From Bacteroidales bacterium (lineage in GTDB: Bacteria > Bacteroidota > Bacteroidia > Bacteroidales > FEN-979): a stretch of 64,000 nt of DNA. The notes under the pieces were generated by a model that did not search any database, was not told the origin of the DNA, and saw only the letters and a program-made list of their open reading frames with translations. The stretch spans positions 154 to 64,153 of the forward strand of contig JBBQUQ010000004.1 of the NCBI GenBank assembly GCA_038212325.1, written 5' to 3'. The translations under genes were made by a program, and so were the position numbers. How positions within the stretch are numbered: position 1 is the stretch's first letter; each line of letters opens with the position of its first letter. Positions 26,401 through 36,434 of this stretch are shown here, in pieces.

Positions 26401-27350
26401 CGGTTATAATTCGTGCGGTTAAGGAATGTCTGAAGAAGCTGGCGGCTGTATTTCACCGGTACCGACGGATCGGCAGGTATGATCCCGGCATCCTTATGTA
26501 CTGATTTCTTCAGTATCGCTTTGCCTTTTATCGAATTAAGGTAGCCGGTGATAATGTTTGCCAAATTGATAATCAGATGGCGCTCTTCTTCGAGGAAAGG
26601 GCCCTCGAAAGAGGTCTGAAATGCTTTCAGATAACAAATCTGGATGTATCCATTCTGGTTATCAATGGTTTCGAAAGTTTGTTTCTGCGACCATTCCGTT
26701 TCACGAAATGCGGGCGTTTTCAATTCAACATTGCCATATTTGATTCGGCAAACGGTATATTCAGGGTATTGCCAGGCCCTGGGCAGGATCAGGCATATCT
26801 GGTGCAGGGCTTCCTCAATCGGCTTGCCGGTGCGAAGGATGGCTGTCGTTTGATTGATCGCTGTCAACTCCTTCAGCCGTTCACGTGTAATATACCGGCC
26901 TTCGCGGCCTTTCACGCCATTGAGATAGCCTTCGACCAGGCTGGCAAGGTTCACGACCAGGTTGCGTTCCTCTTTCAGGAAAGGGCCCTCATCATAATTC
27001 TGGAACTCGTTCAGATAACAGATGGTGATGGTTCCAGCCAGGTTATCGATGGTGTCGAAAGGCTGTTCCTGCTTCCAGGCAGTTTCCAAAAAGCCGGGGG
27101 TGGTAAATTCCATCTCCTCAAAGCGTATCCTGGCCACGGTAAATTCAGGATACTGCCAGGCCCGGGGGAGGATCTGGCAAATTTCGTGCAGGGTTTCCGG
27201 GATTGACTTCCCTGATTTGATGATGGCCGTGGTATCATTTATTGCGGCCAATTCCTTGAGACGTTCCCGGTTATTGTAAACCAGTTGGGTTAAATCGATC
27301 GGTTCGGGAATAAGGTTCCCGGTCTTATTGTTGTCGTCGGTGGGCAGCAT
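23475..27350 (-). CDS. Multidomain signalling enzyme: two tandem GAF-like repeats, a pseudo-receiver, a receiver (REC), a PPDK_N-type PEP/pyruvate-binding ATP-grasp domain, and a conserved C-terminal domain of unknown function
   Basis: Residues ~25-150 and ~155-280 are clear duplicates (RERLKEL(A/T)AIN(D/Q)TTAI...LPRAWQYPE(F/Y)TV...GPFL(K/E)EER). The REC domain shows ILLVEDS...CLISDVKF...LQSS...INKNS. The ATP-grasp motif is GALGGKGRGLAF. I see no GGxTSHAA-type phospho-His swivel motif. Confidence 0.7.
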   Translation of the reverse strand: MLPTDDNNKTGNLIPEPIDLTQLVYNNRERLKELAAINDTTAIIKSGKSIPETLHEICQILPRAWQYPEFTVARIRFEEMEFTTPGFLETAWKQEQPFDTIDNLAGTITICYLNEFQNYDEGPFLKEERNLVVNLASLVEGYLNGVKGREGRYITRERLKELTAINQTTAILRTGKPIEEALHQICLILPRAWQYPEYTVCRIKYGNVELKTPAFRETEWSQKQTFETIDNQNGYIQICYLKAFQTSFEGPFLEEERHLIINLANIITGYLNSIKGKAILKKSVHKDAGIIPADPSVPVKYSRQLLQTFLNRTNYNRDLYHDLMPFKVKEILLVANLYDAYSIEKEGRFSEHVLGEFYSLSLSTMPRITGVSTSAEVMEQLNAKHYDLIIIMIGTDKQFPLDLSKTVKDQYQYIPVFLLLNSNSDIAVYEEEPEKLTWIDRIFVWNGDSKIFFAMINYLEDKINVENDTTIGMVRVILLVEDSSKYYSLYMPMLYNIVLEQTKNIIEDVTTDELYRILRLKARPKILLASTFEEAIFIFNKYRDNILCLISDVKFKKDGKLNDSAGFSLVRQTRKELPDLPIVLQSSDEHNVEKAYELKASFINKNSETLLVDFRSFITHYLGFGNFIYRDKEGGQIAVAKSLKEFEDLLKTIPEESLLYHARKDHFSLWLMARGEIQVAKILNPAKVTDFRDPASLREYLFNVIQNFRNEQNIGKVIPFEESAIADEHNILALTEGALGGKGRGLAFVNTLIYNYDFAQHVPNINIRTPKTSIIGTDEFEYFLDRNKLREKAVFESDYDLIKRWFIEGKLTETLIRKLKLIIKNITKPLAIRSSGLFEDSQNQPFAGIFETYLIPNNHPDPRIRLDQLMDAIKLVYASVYSPVAKGYIEAVNYRIEQEKMAVVVQEVVGHQYEDVFYPHISGVAQSFNYYPFAHMKPEEGFAVAALGLGRYVVEGEKAFRFAPMYPTLEINSAKDQYKGSQVYFYAVDLKKKDVNLLEGEDAGLRKLDIYDAEMHGTLKHLASVYSLENERISAGLRDNGPRVVNFADILKYNYIPMAKTIEVVLDVVKEALGSPVEIEFAIDLNKDDNYKASFYLLQIKPLIGNVADFVIEMDTIPKDDILLYSEKEMGNGMIDSIDEVVFVDPDTFDKSKTVEMAEEIDKINSEMGKAGKKYILIGPGRWGTRDRWIGIPVVWPQISNAKVIVETSLEGFPLDASSGSHFFHNVTSMNVGYFCVQPELSDSFIRYEVLKQQQNIRKTNYFSIVKFDKPLVVRMDGKKRISVVTWQPLQ

Positions 27351-27437
27351 GAGGTATCATCGGATGAAGGGCTCAAAATTAGCACAATCTTTTCATCTTT
27401 TCAAAATCCTTTTTACCTCAAAAATCGGGTGGCAAGA

Positions 27438-27866
27438 CTACCTGGAAGCAGCCTGTTTCGGTATCATGGCCTGTGATACCTCATAGGGCATGACCAGGTT
27501 GCCGCATGCAACCTGCTTAAAAACGTTTTTCATGGTCTCTTTTTTCTCTGACTTGTTCAGAAATCCCATCACGCCCAGTTTAAACATTTTAACCTGCCAG
27601 CGAAGCGAATCCTCCATTGTAAGCACTACAATGGGTATTGAAGGGAATGCACTGCGCAGCCGCCTGAAATTTGATACCGGATCGGTATCATTGATAAACA
27701 GGTCGAGGACGATAATATCCGTTTGTGTTTCAGGAATTTTTTTCATGGCCTCCTCGATGTCATTCGCCGAACCGACCAGTCCGACCTCGTCAGATTCGGG
27801 GCTGAAAGCTTTGTATAATCCTTCTATGATCAGAAAATGATCATCTATTGCAAATAGTCCTACCAT
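27438..27866 (-). CDS. Stand-alone response-regulator receiver protein (CheY-like)
   Basis: Canonical REC residues: AIDDH, IIVLDLF (acceptor Asp), VVLTM and FLNKS. No output domain. Confidence 0.7.
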   Translation of the reverse strand: MVGLFAIDDHFLIIEGLYKAFSPESDEVGLVGSANDIEEAMKKIPETQTDIIVLDLFINDTDPVSNFRRLRSAFPSIPIVVLTMEDSLRWQVKMFKLGVMGFLNKSEKKETMKNVFKQVACGNLVMPYEVSQAMIPKQAASR

Positions 27867-27891
27867 GGCATTATAGGTATCAGATATTTCC

Positions 27892-27899
27892 CAAATATA
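27892..27899 (-). promoter_or_regulatory. Bacteroidota -7 box (TATATTTG) upstream of the receiver gene
   Basis: The reverse complement of caaatata matches TAnnTTTG, 25 nt upstream of the ATG at 27866. Confidence 0.4.
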
Positions 27900-28000
27900 T
27901 GAAACTTATTTGAATCCACATAAAATTTACATAACTATTTAAATTTATTTTTGCTGTATGCAGTTTCGGTATTCCCGGTAAGTGTTTTTCACGTTCAATG

Positions 28001-28029
28001 TACGTATTATACGTATTTTAGATACGTAT
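28001..28029. promoter_or_regulatory. Three copies of TACGTAT (palindromic core TACGTA) in the gdhA / receiver-operon divergent region
   Basis: TACGTAT at 28001-28007, 28010-28016 and 28023-28029, inside a 307-nt AT-rich spacer. Confidence 0.35.
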
Positions 28030-28158
28030 ATTTCTTACATCATTGAATTTTAAATAATTGTAAAATAAATTCTGTGTTTTTCGCCGTTGCTCTCAAAAAA
28101 AATACTTAATATTGTGAATTATTTCACATCCTACTTATTTACAACACTCAATCATTAA

Positions 28159-29532
<1,374 letters not shown>

Positions 29533-29561
29533 GAACTGACCAGTTCATTTTGATTGAGGCG

Positions 29562-29593
29562 GGGGCCCGGGAAACCGGGTCCCTGCTTTTTTT
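29562..29593 (+). terminator. Rho-independent terminator of gdhA
   Basis: A 9-bp GC-rich stem (ggggcccgg / ccgggtccc, one G-U pair), GAAA loop, then tgcTTTTTTT. Confidence 0.75.
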
Positions 29594-29637
29594 AAACCCA
29601 AATCGCTGTGAATTTTTCTGCTGGACAAAATGGCCGG

Positions 29638-30879
29638 TTACTCACGGGCGAGACGTCGCCCGGCAATGTATGAGCGCGCCGCAACAAACCCTGCGTAGAT
29701 CAGGGAGGTAAACAACAGGATCAGGGAGGAGGCTTGCAATCCATAAGAGGGGACAAATACCGCATTCAGCACCAGGTTGAGCAGCACGACGATCCCGATT
29801 GCCGCGAGCATGTATACTGACTTATACGAAAGTTCCAGGAACCGCTGCAGCAGCAAGGCAATCTGCCACACAAAAGCTGCAAGCAACATCGGCAGGTAGA
29901 TGAGCCATTCATCCAGTTCAGGAAGATTCAACACCTTATAAAAAAGCGTTTCCTTGAAAACCATGAAAATGATGAAAATAATGATGAAAATAAGCATCTC
30001 AAAACTGAGCGCCTCCTTAATCGCATCCCAGGCATTTTTCCGGTGACGGCTATTCCAATGGTTCAGCACCTTGGCCTGGTATGAAATATAGATAGGGAAA
30101 TTTGCCACCGTGATGCACTTGAATATAAGGTCTTTGAGTGCCGAATAGGTCCCTGCTTTGTCGTAACCGAGGTACTCCATGATGATGAAACGGTCGATGG
30201 CCATCAGCAGGTGCGACAGGAACAGCCATAACGTGATCCCGTAACCAAATTCGATCACTTTGGCAGAAAACCGCGAATCCCAGTAAAGATGCTTCAGGTC
30301 AACCTTGACGAGTCCTTTAACGCGTATAAGCGCCCTCAGGGTCAACACGCCTGCCAGTCCGATTACCAAGGAGGCAAACAGCACGGCCGAAGATTTCCAG
30401 TGAAAGAAAAACAGGCCTGCAACCAGTACAAGCATGATAAGAAGCTGCTCCGAGCCTTCGAGGATTGCTGTGCGCACCGACCTGTTGTATGCCTGCAGGA
30501 TGGCCTGATGAAAAAGATAGAAATGGCTGAGAAAGGCAAAAAGTGCGACCAGCAATAGCTCTGTCAGGGGAAGATGAAAATACCAAATCCCCAGCAGCAC
30601 CACAGTCAGGGTTGAAAACAGGGCACTGAATATCGTAAGGTCGAAAAAACGGGACATGACCACATTTGTTTCACGCGTCATTCCACAGAGAAACCTGAGG
30701 ATGCTCACCTGCACCCAGTGAAAACTCAGGGTGATGACAAGCAATGCTGCATACAGGAGAAGGGAATACCTGCCATATTCGACTGGGCCGAGAACACGTA
30801 CAGCAAGAACAATCACGGCAATATTGACCAGGGCGGGAATAAACCGGCCGCCAATATATTTTATTATTTCCTTGTTCAT
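29638..30879 (-). CDS. Polysaccharide biosynthesis / oligosaccharide flippase-family membrane protein (Wzx-like)
   Basis: 413 aa with ~12 TM helices. The N-terminus IIKYIGGRFIPALVNIAVIVLAVRVLGPVEYGRYSL is typical of the family. Confidence 0.55.
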   Translation of the reverse strand: MNKEIIKYIGGRFIPALVNIAVIVLAVRVLGPVEYGRYSLLLYAALLVITLSFHWVQVSILRFLCGMTRETNVVMSRFFDLTIFSALFSTLTVVLLGIWYFHLPLTELLLVALFAFLSHFYLFHQAILQAYNRSVRTAILEGSEQLLIMLVLVAGLFFFHWKSSAVLFASLVIGLAGVLTLRALIRVKGLVKVDLKHLYWDSRFSAKVIEFGYGITLWLFLSHLLMAIDRFIIMEYLGYDKAGTYSALKDLIFKCITVANFPIYISYQAKVLNHWNSRHRKNAWDAIKEALSFEMLIFIIIFIIFMVFKETLFYKVLNLPELDEWLIYLPMLLAAFVWQIALLLQRFLELSYKSVYMLAAIGIVVLLNLVLNAVFVPSYGLQASSLILLFTSLIYAGFVAARSYIAGRRLARE

Positions 30880-30909
30880 GGCATGGTGATGCCGGCAGTG
30901 ATGACCGTT

Positions 30910-31977
30910 TTATTTATTTGAGACACCGTTCTTTACAAAAAATGGCATTGGCCGCAACACTTTGTCAAATGTAAAATACTGGATGAGGGTAAAATCCTGC
31001 CCGTCATTTACAGTTGCATAGAGCCTGTCGATATCATATGGGAGAGGGTTGCCCTGCAGGTCGGTTTGACCGTCGGGTCCTTTTTTATGGTAGGTTTTTA
31101 TCGTTTTGCTTACACCTGCAGTATCGGTAAGGGTGATAATGATAAATGGAGGGGAGCTGAGGATGGAATCTTTCCGCACCTTGTCCATGTCGGTGATGAT
31201 GGCTTCATAATTCAGGCTCCTGAAGCCCGATAAAAAATTAAGGAGCTTGAGCGTATCATAATTCACCACCTCCTTGTTATTCATCAGTGAAACCAATACG
31301 AATTTGTTTCTGCCATTGTTCCTGACTTCATAGGAATAATCAGGTGTGGAGGGAATTTCCACCCGTACCGAGGCAATTTCAGGTATTGTTTTCCTGAAAA
31401 CATTGTAATCACGCCAGTACTTCTCTATCGGGCTGTATCTGGGCGATACGAAACCTCTGAAACCCGGCAACGAAACAATGAATGGATCGTCCGAATTCCG
31501 CATCAGCATAAAACAGCCCTGGTTGCTGGGGGTCGCCCCTCCCACATAGTAGACCTTCGTCAGCTTTTCATGGGGAAACCAGCGGACCAATCCAAACAGG
31601 CTGATGCGATACACCTGCTGATAGATTTCAATCTTTACCGAATTGACCGCAAGCTCTTTGATGATGTTGTCGTGTGCAGCGATGGCTACTGGCTGCTGCA
31701 CTTCAATATCGACCATGGTTTTCAATAGCAGGTCGACGCTGAGGTTCTGGGCCTTGTATTTTTCATTCACGGTCCATTTCCCCGGCCCGTTCCGGGCAAG
31801 GGTGACCATGTTGTTGTTCTTATCCGACATGAATATTTTTGTGACGGAGGCAGAGTCATCCAGTTTAAATTCACTCAGCGAACGCCTGAATGTAGTGGTT
31901 GACTGGGTAAGCCACAATAAAAAGGCGGCCAGCGCCAGCACGATAAATACAATAAAAATAGTCCTGTTTTTTTTCAT
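30910..31977 (-). CDS. DUF4340-like periplasmic protein commonly found downstream of gldG
   Basis: N-terminal TM anchor. The start overlaps the gldG stop by 4 nt. The sequence pattern FKLDDSASVTKIFM...WTVNEKYKA is consistent with DUF4340. Confidence 0.55.
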   Translation of the reverse strand: MKKNRTIFIVFIVLALAAFLLWLTQSTTTFRRSLSEFKLDDSASVTKIFMSDKNNNMVTLARNGPGKWTVNEKYKAQNLSVDLLLKTMVDIEVQQPVAIAAHDNIIKELAVNSVKIEIYQQVYRISLFGLVRWFPHEKLTKVYYVGGATPSNQGCFMLMRNSDDPFIVSLPGFRGFVSPRYSPIEKYWRDYNVFRKTIPEIASVRVEIPSTPDYSYEVRNNGRNKFVLVSLMNNKEVVNYDTLKLLNFLSGFRSLNYEAIITDMDKVRKDSILSSPPFIIITLTDTAGVSKTIKTYHKKGPDGQTDLQGNPLPYDIDRLYATVNDGQDFTLIQYFTFDKVLRPMPFFVKNGVSNK

Positions 31978-33731
31978 AATCCGCTTTTTCGAACCTGCCC
32001 TGCATAGGCACGTTTACGCAACCTGTATTTTACAATGCCAAAAGCCGCAATGAACAGAACTGGCAGTAAAATATTCAGCAATTGCCAGTACAGGCGCTGC
32101 TTTGCAATTTTATTCGTGTCGAGCATCCTGAGTTTCAATTCACGGGAACGAACTGAAATCAGGCCTGAATCATCGCATAAAAAATTCACGGCGTTCAAGG
32201 CAAGGTCCTTGTTCCCGAATGTTTGCTTGGTGTATTGGTCAAATCCAAGCGGAAGGGGGTATCCCTGAGAATAATGGAACTGGTTTTTTACGACATCCCC
32301 GTCGGCGATGACGATCATCTTTGTTTTTTTGCTCTTTGGTTTAAAGTCCAGTGCAGGATTGTCGGTAAGTTCGGGCGGGATGCGGAAGAGAAAAGCTGAG
32401 GCGAATTCTCCTTCGAGCAATACAGCCACCGGCAGGGGGCCCTTGTTGAACATCCGCTCATTTGGCTGCTTTTTTAAAATATCAAGGTCGATCAGGGCCG
32501 GGGCGCTGACAGTTCGCGAATACTGCGATGTTTCGAGAAGGATGGTCTTTCTGATGCCCTGCGCTGTTACCGTATCGAGGGTGCTGAGGAATTCGGTCTT
32601 GATGGCATTCAGTCCATTGACGACCGGGTGGTTGATCGAGGGCATCAGCACAGGGAAAAAAAACCATTTAAAATAATCAAACTGAGGCTGATTGCCGATT
32701 TGCCCGGTTTTAACGGGAATAGGAAGCGCATTCATATCCTGCACGAGGTCAACATTCAGTCGAACTCCATAGTTGAACAGCATGTCTTCAAGGTTCACAT
32801 AGTTGGGAATTCCCATCGTGGAATTGTACTTCTGCAAACTGTCCATGCTGGCAAATACCGGATCGATCAGCCACAGAACTTTCCCACCCCGCATGATAAA
32901 CTGGTCGATGAGGAACTTGTCGCGCTCGTCAAACGGTTTGGTGGGCTTGGCGATGATGATCGCCCGGTATTTGTTAACCAGTACATCGTTTGCAGAGTCG
33001 GTTTTAAGCCTGATCGCCAGGCTGGGAATTTTATTGTTCAGCGTAACACGGTCAACGTTGTAAAAATCAGAAAGGGAGTTGTGCAGGTCGATTGTTTCCA
33101 TCTGATCGAGCTCGCCCTGACCTTCGATGATGGCAATCCGCGGTTTGACAGCCGTAGCCAGGTTTTTAATGGCGCTCGCCAGGTTGTATTCCAGCGACTG
33201 TATGCTAGTGTTGAGCACCATGTTCGGATCCTGCTGCAACTGGGCCATCAGCAATTGAACCGGCACCTGCCGTCCGCGGTACGACACGATGGCACCCGGG
33301 AAAATAATAAGTTGCGAAGAGGCTTCTTTAGTGGTGACCCGCAGGTCGGTGGGTTGCAGTCCGCGCTCTACAAGCAACCGATAGGTATCGTTCCGGTCTT
33401 TGGCGTTGGAATTTTCTGAAGGATTTACAAATTCATACTGTACCTGGTCGCTGTAGGCCCTGAATTCATCGAGCATCTCACGGGTTTCATTCGACAATCG
33501 CTGGAACCCGGGAGGGAGGTCGCCCGACAGGTAAATTTTGAAGAAAACCACGTCATCGAGTTTCCTGAGCAGTGTTTTTGTTGCCGGCGAAAGGGAATAT
33601 CGTTTTTCAGCGGTAAGGTCGATGCGGGTATTGACATAGGCGGCAATGATGTTCACCAGGACAACGATGGCAACCCCCAGCAGAACGCCGGTTATATTGC
33701 CTCTTTTGATATTTTTTCGTTTATCGGTCAT
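31974..33731 (-). CDS. gldG: Gliding-motility-associated ABC transporter auxiliary component GldG
   Basis: 585 aa with N- and C-terminal TM anchors and a large periplasmic domain. It lies immediately downstream of gldF, and the family-typical block FFKIYLSGDLP...LDEF is present. Confidence 0.8.
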   Translation of the reverse strand: MTDKRKNIKRGNITGVLLGVAIVVLVNIIAAYVNTRIDLTAEKRYSLSPATKTLLRKLDDVVFFKIYLSGDLPPGFQRLSNETREMLDEFRAYSDQVQYEFVNPSENSNAKDRNDTYRLLVERGLQPTDLRVTTKEASSQLIIFPGAIVSYRGRQVPVQLLMAQLQQDPNMVLNTSIQSLEYNLASAIKNLATAVKPRIAIIEGQGELDQMETIDLHNSLSDFYNVDRVTLNNKIPSLAIRLKTDSANDVLVNKYRAIIIAKPTKPFDERDKFLIDQFIMRGGKVLWLIDPVFASMDSLQKYNSTMGIPNYVNLEDMLFNYGVRLNVDLVQDMNALPIPVKTGQIGNQPQFDYFKWFFFPVLMPSINHPVVNGLNAIKTEFLSTLDTVTAQGIRKTILLETSQYSRTVSAPALIDLDILKKQPNERMFNKGPLPVAVLLEGEFASAFLFRIPPELTDNPALDFKPKSKKTKMIVIADGDVVKNQFHYSQGYPLPLGFDQYTKQTFGNKDLALNAVNFLCDDSGLISVRSRELKLRMLDTNKIAKQRLYWQLLNILLPVLFIAAFGIVKYRLRKRAYAGQVRKSGL

Positions 33732-33740
33732 GTCCTGCTC

Positions 33741-34472
33741 TTACCATTTCCTGGTTTCCAGCGACAACTTTGTCAGCAGGATAAATATGGCGGTTACACT
33801 GATAAAATATACCAGGTCGCGGGTGTCGATCACGCCGCGGCTCATGGATGAATAATGCGCATTAAGCCCCAGCGACTGGATCATCAGGCCAATTTTACCG
33901 GAAACCAGGAATGTATAGACAAACTCGAACCCCATGTATAGGAAAAAGGAGATGAAGACAGCCAGGATGAACGACACAATCTGGTTGTCGGTCAATGATG
34001 AGGCAAAAATCCCGATGGCGGTGAAACTGGCTCCAAGAAAAAACAACCCGATATAGGATCCCCAGATGCTGCCTGAATCAAGGTTTCCAGGGGGGAGCCC
34101 GAGCCGGTACACCGAGAAGTAGTAAACCAGGGTGGGCAGCAGGGCAATCATGACCAGCACTACACCGGCAAAATATTTTGCCATCACAACCTGCAGGTCG
34201 CTGATGGGCTGGGTCATCAGCAGTTCAAGGGTGCCGCTTTTTTTCTCATCGGCAAATGAACGCATGGTGATCGCCGGGATGAGAAAAAGAAAGACAAAGG
34301 GCGCAATGACGAACAGACCGTCCAGCCCGGCAAATCCGAAGTCAAGCACGTTGAACTCCAGTGGAAAAACCCAAAGGAAAAGCCCGTTCATCAGGAGAAA
34401 AACAACCATGACGATGTAGCCGATGAGCGAGTTCAGGAAACCGTTGATCTCTTTAATGAAAAGCGTCAGCAT
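33741..34472 (-). CDS. gldF: Gliding-motility-associated ABC transporter permease GldF
   Basis: 243-aa, 6-TM ABC-2 permease. The N-terminus MLTLFIKEINGFLNSLIGYIVMVVF is typical of GldF. Confidence 0.8.
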   Translation of the reverse strand: MLTLFIKEINGFLNSLIGYIVMVVFLLMNGLFLWVFPLEFNVLDFGFAGLDGLFVIAPFVFLFLIPAITMRSFADEKKSGTLELLMTQPISDLQVVMAKYFAGVVLVMIALLPTLVYYFSVYRLGLPPGNLDSGSIWGSYIGLFFLGASFTAIGIFASSLTDNQIVSFILAVFISFFLYMGFEFVYTFLVSGKIGLMIQSLGLNAHYSSMSRGVIDTRDLVYFISVTAIFILLTKLSLETRKW

Positions 34473-34494
34473 CTGCGGTTTGATTATTGGCGTG

Positions 34495-34502
34495 CAAAAT
34501 TA
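34495..34502 (-). promoter_or_regulatory. -7 box (TAATTTTG) for gldF
   Basis: The reverse complement of caaaatta matches TAnnTTTG, 22 nt upstream of the ATG at 34472. Confidence 0.45.
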
Positions 34503-34612
34503 CTATTTTTCATGCTTCAAATCGCATTTGATCTGAAGATTTTATAGTACCTGGCGCGAAATGTAACGGGAATAATCAACGATGCTGGGCTGGTACGTTT
34601 GATGCATCAGAA

Positions 34613-35392
34613 TTATTCCAGTTCAACAATCACCGACTGGTCCATCTTCAAGCCCAGCAGGCTGCTCGCTTTGCCTTCGCGGATGGCGATTTCAAGATAC
34701 CCGCTGCTGGAGAACAGCGCCAGCATGACGCCCGGGCTCACATCCTTGTAAGATTTGCTGATTTGGCTGATGCTGTAATTCGCCGTTCGGAACGTAATCG
34801 CAAATTTACGGTTCCTGACAATGGAGTTGAACAGCGCCTCGGTGATGTTGACAAAAGCATTCTCATAATTGTCGACGTAGATGACCTTCCCCTTGATCAT
34901 ATCGCCCTGTATAACAGGCTGAAAGGCCATTTTCTGTAGAAGACCGTCCTTGGGGTGGCCAAGTTCGTCAAGGGGTTTGCCACCAGCTATGTGACAGGCC
35001 ACCTTCACGAAAACATCACGAGAAGGAAAGGTGAAATAATCGCTGTCCTGGATAATGTCAATCTCGATGATCTTAGCAGGCAAGTCATCGAATATCAATG
35101 AAAAGATCCCGTTATCCGCACCGATGAAATAATGGCCGTGATGGTATACCAGCGTATGCGGTGTCTCAATGGCTGCATCGGTATTGATAGCCAGGATATG
35201 GACCGTTCCTTCGGGGAAATTCGGATAAAAATTACGTACGATAAAAGCAGCCTGGTTCAAGTCGAATGCAGGGATGGTATGCGATATGTCAACGATTTGC
35301 ACATCGGGCAGCAACCGCAGCAGCGCCCCCTTGACCGCCCCGGCATAGTGATCTTTAAGCCCCCAATCGCTTGTCAGTGTAATTATTGCCAT
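34613..35392 (-). CDS. SAM hydrolase / SAM hydroxide adenosyltransferase (DUF62 family)
   Basis: The N-terminus MAIITLTSDWGLKDHYAGAVKGALL is the family hallmark. The length of 259 aa fits. Confidence 0.8.
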   Translation of the reverse strand: MAIITLTSDWGLKDHYAGAVKGALLRLLPDVQIVDISHTIPAFDLNQAAFIVRNFYPNFPEGTVHILAINTDAAIETPHTLVYHHGHYFIGADNGIFSLIFDDLPAKIIEIDIIQDSDYFTFPSRDVFVKVACHIAGGKPLDELGHPKDGLLQKMAFQPVIQGDMIKGKVIYVDNYENAFVNITEALFNSIVRNRKFAITFRTANYSISQISKSYKDVSPGVMLALFSSSGYLEIAIREGKASSLLGLKMDQSVIVELE

Positions 35393-35403
35393 GGAAATAT
35401 TTG

Positions 35404-35411
35404 TACATTTG
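35404..35411 (+). promoter_or_regulatory. -7 box (TACATTTG) for phoH
   Basis: Matches TAnnTTTG, 24 nt upstream of the ATG at 35436. This supports that start over the track start at 35391. Confidence 0.45.
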
Positions 35412-35417
35412 CGTATT

Positions 35418-35425
35418 CAAAGGTA
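35418..35425 (-). promoter_or_regulatory. -7 box (TACCTTTG) for the SAM hydrolase gene
   Basis: The reverse complement of caaaggta matches TAnnTTTG, 25 nt upstream of the ATG at 35392. Confidence 0.4.
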
Positions 35426-35435
35426 TAAATATTTC

Positions 35436-36386
35436 ATGAGTGAGAAACTAATAAACATCGAATCCGTTCATCCGCTGGATATTTTTGGCCCCAATGACCA
35501 GAACCTGGAAATGGTCCGTAATGCCTTCCCAAAACTTAAGATTATTTCGCGGGATAACTACGTCAAAGCCTACGGAGAAGAGTCGGACCTGCTTGAATTT
35601 GAATTAAAATTCACCTCCCTCCTGCTCCATTTTGAAAAGTTTGGCCGGCTGACAAAGACTGACATCGGCTTGTTGCTGAACCCCGAGTCAAATGGCCAGG
35701 CTGCGGCAACCGAAGGCCAGAATGATGTGCTGGTTCATGGCAAGAACGGCATGCTCATCAGGGCCCGAACAGCCAACCAGCGCAAACTTGTCGACAGCAG
35801 TCTTAAAAACGACCTGGTTTTTGCCATCGGGCCTGCAGGCACCGGCAAAACCTACACTGCGGTTGCCATGGCAGTAAGGGCGCTAAAAAACAAAGAGATA
35901 CAGCGGATCATCCTCACCCGGCCGGCCGTAGAGGCAGGCGAGAACCTGGGTTTTCTGCCGGGCGACCTGAAGGAGAAGCTCGACCCGTACATGCAGCCCC
36001 TGTACGACGCGTTGGGCGACATGCTGCCAACACAAAAACTCCTGCAATATATCGAAGAGCGCGTGATCGAAATAGCCCCGCTGGCCTTCATGCGCGGACG
36101 GACCCTCAACAACGCCTTTGCCATTCTCGACGAAGCCCAGAACACCACCCCAAGCCAGCTCAAGATGTTTCTCACCCGCATGGGCGCTTCTGCAAAATTC
36201 ATCGTAACAGGCGACATCACCCAGATCGATCTGCCTAAAAACCAGGTGAGCGGACTGGTGCACTCTCAAAAAATTCTGAACAATATCCCCGGAATTGACT
36301 TTGTTTACCTCGACCGTTCCGACATCATCCGGCATAAGCTCGTTAGCAGGATCATTGATGCGTATGGGAATGAGGAAGGGAAATAG
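35436..36386 (+). CDS. phoH: PhoH-family ATPase
   Basis: Walker A GPAGTGKTY, Walker B AILDEAQN, and ITGDITQIDLP. Confidence 0.9.
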   Translation: MSEKLINIESVHPLDIFGPNDQNLEMVRNAFPKLKIISRDNYVKAYGEESDLLEFELKFTSLLLHFEKFGRLTKTDIGLLLNPESNGQAAATEGQNDVLVHGKNGMLIRARTANQRKLVDSSLKNDLVFAIGPAGTGKTYTAVAMAVRALKNKEIQRIILTRPAVEAGENLGFLPGDLKEKLDPYMQPLYDALGDMLPTQKLLQYIEERVIEIAPLAFMRGRTLNNAFAILDEAQNTTPSQLKMFLTRMGASAKFIVTGDITQIDLPKNQVSGLVHSQKILNNIPGIDFVYLDRSDIIRHKLVSRIIDAYGNEEGK

Positions 36387-36388
36387 GA

Positions 36389-36420
36389 AAATGGTGAAAT
36401 GGTGAAATGGTGAAATGGTG
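36389..36420. repeat. Tandem 8-nt word array, AAATGGTG x4 (perfect)
   Basis: Four perfect aaatggtg units followed by aaaataaaaaaaat. The array fills the phoH-purC spacer (stop at 36386, ATG at 36435). Confidence 0.95.
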
Positions 36421-36434
36421 AAAATAAAAAAAAT

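Noticed and set aside
28107-28114. TAATATTG as the gdhA -7 box.
   Set aside because: It has one mismatch to TAnnTTTG at a conserved T and no -33 partner. I left it uncalled.
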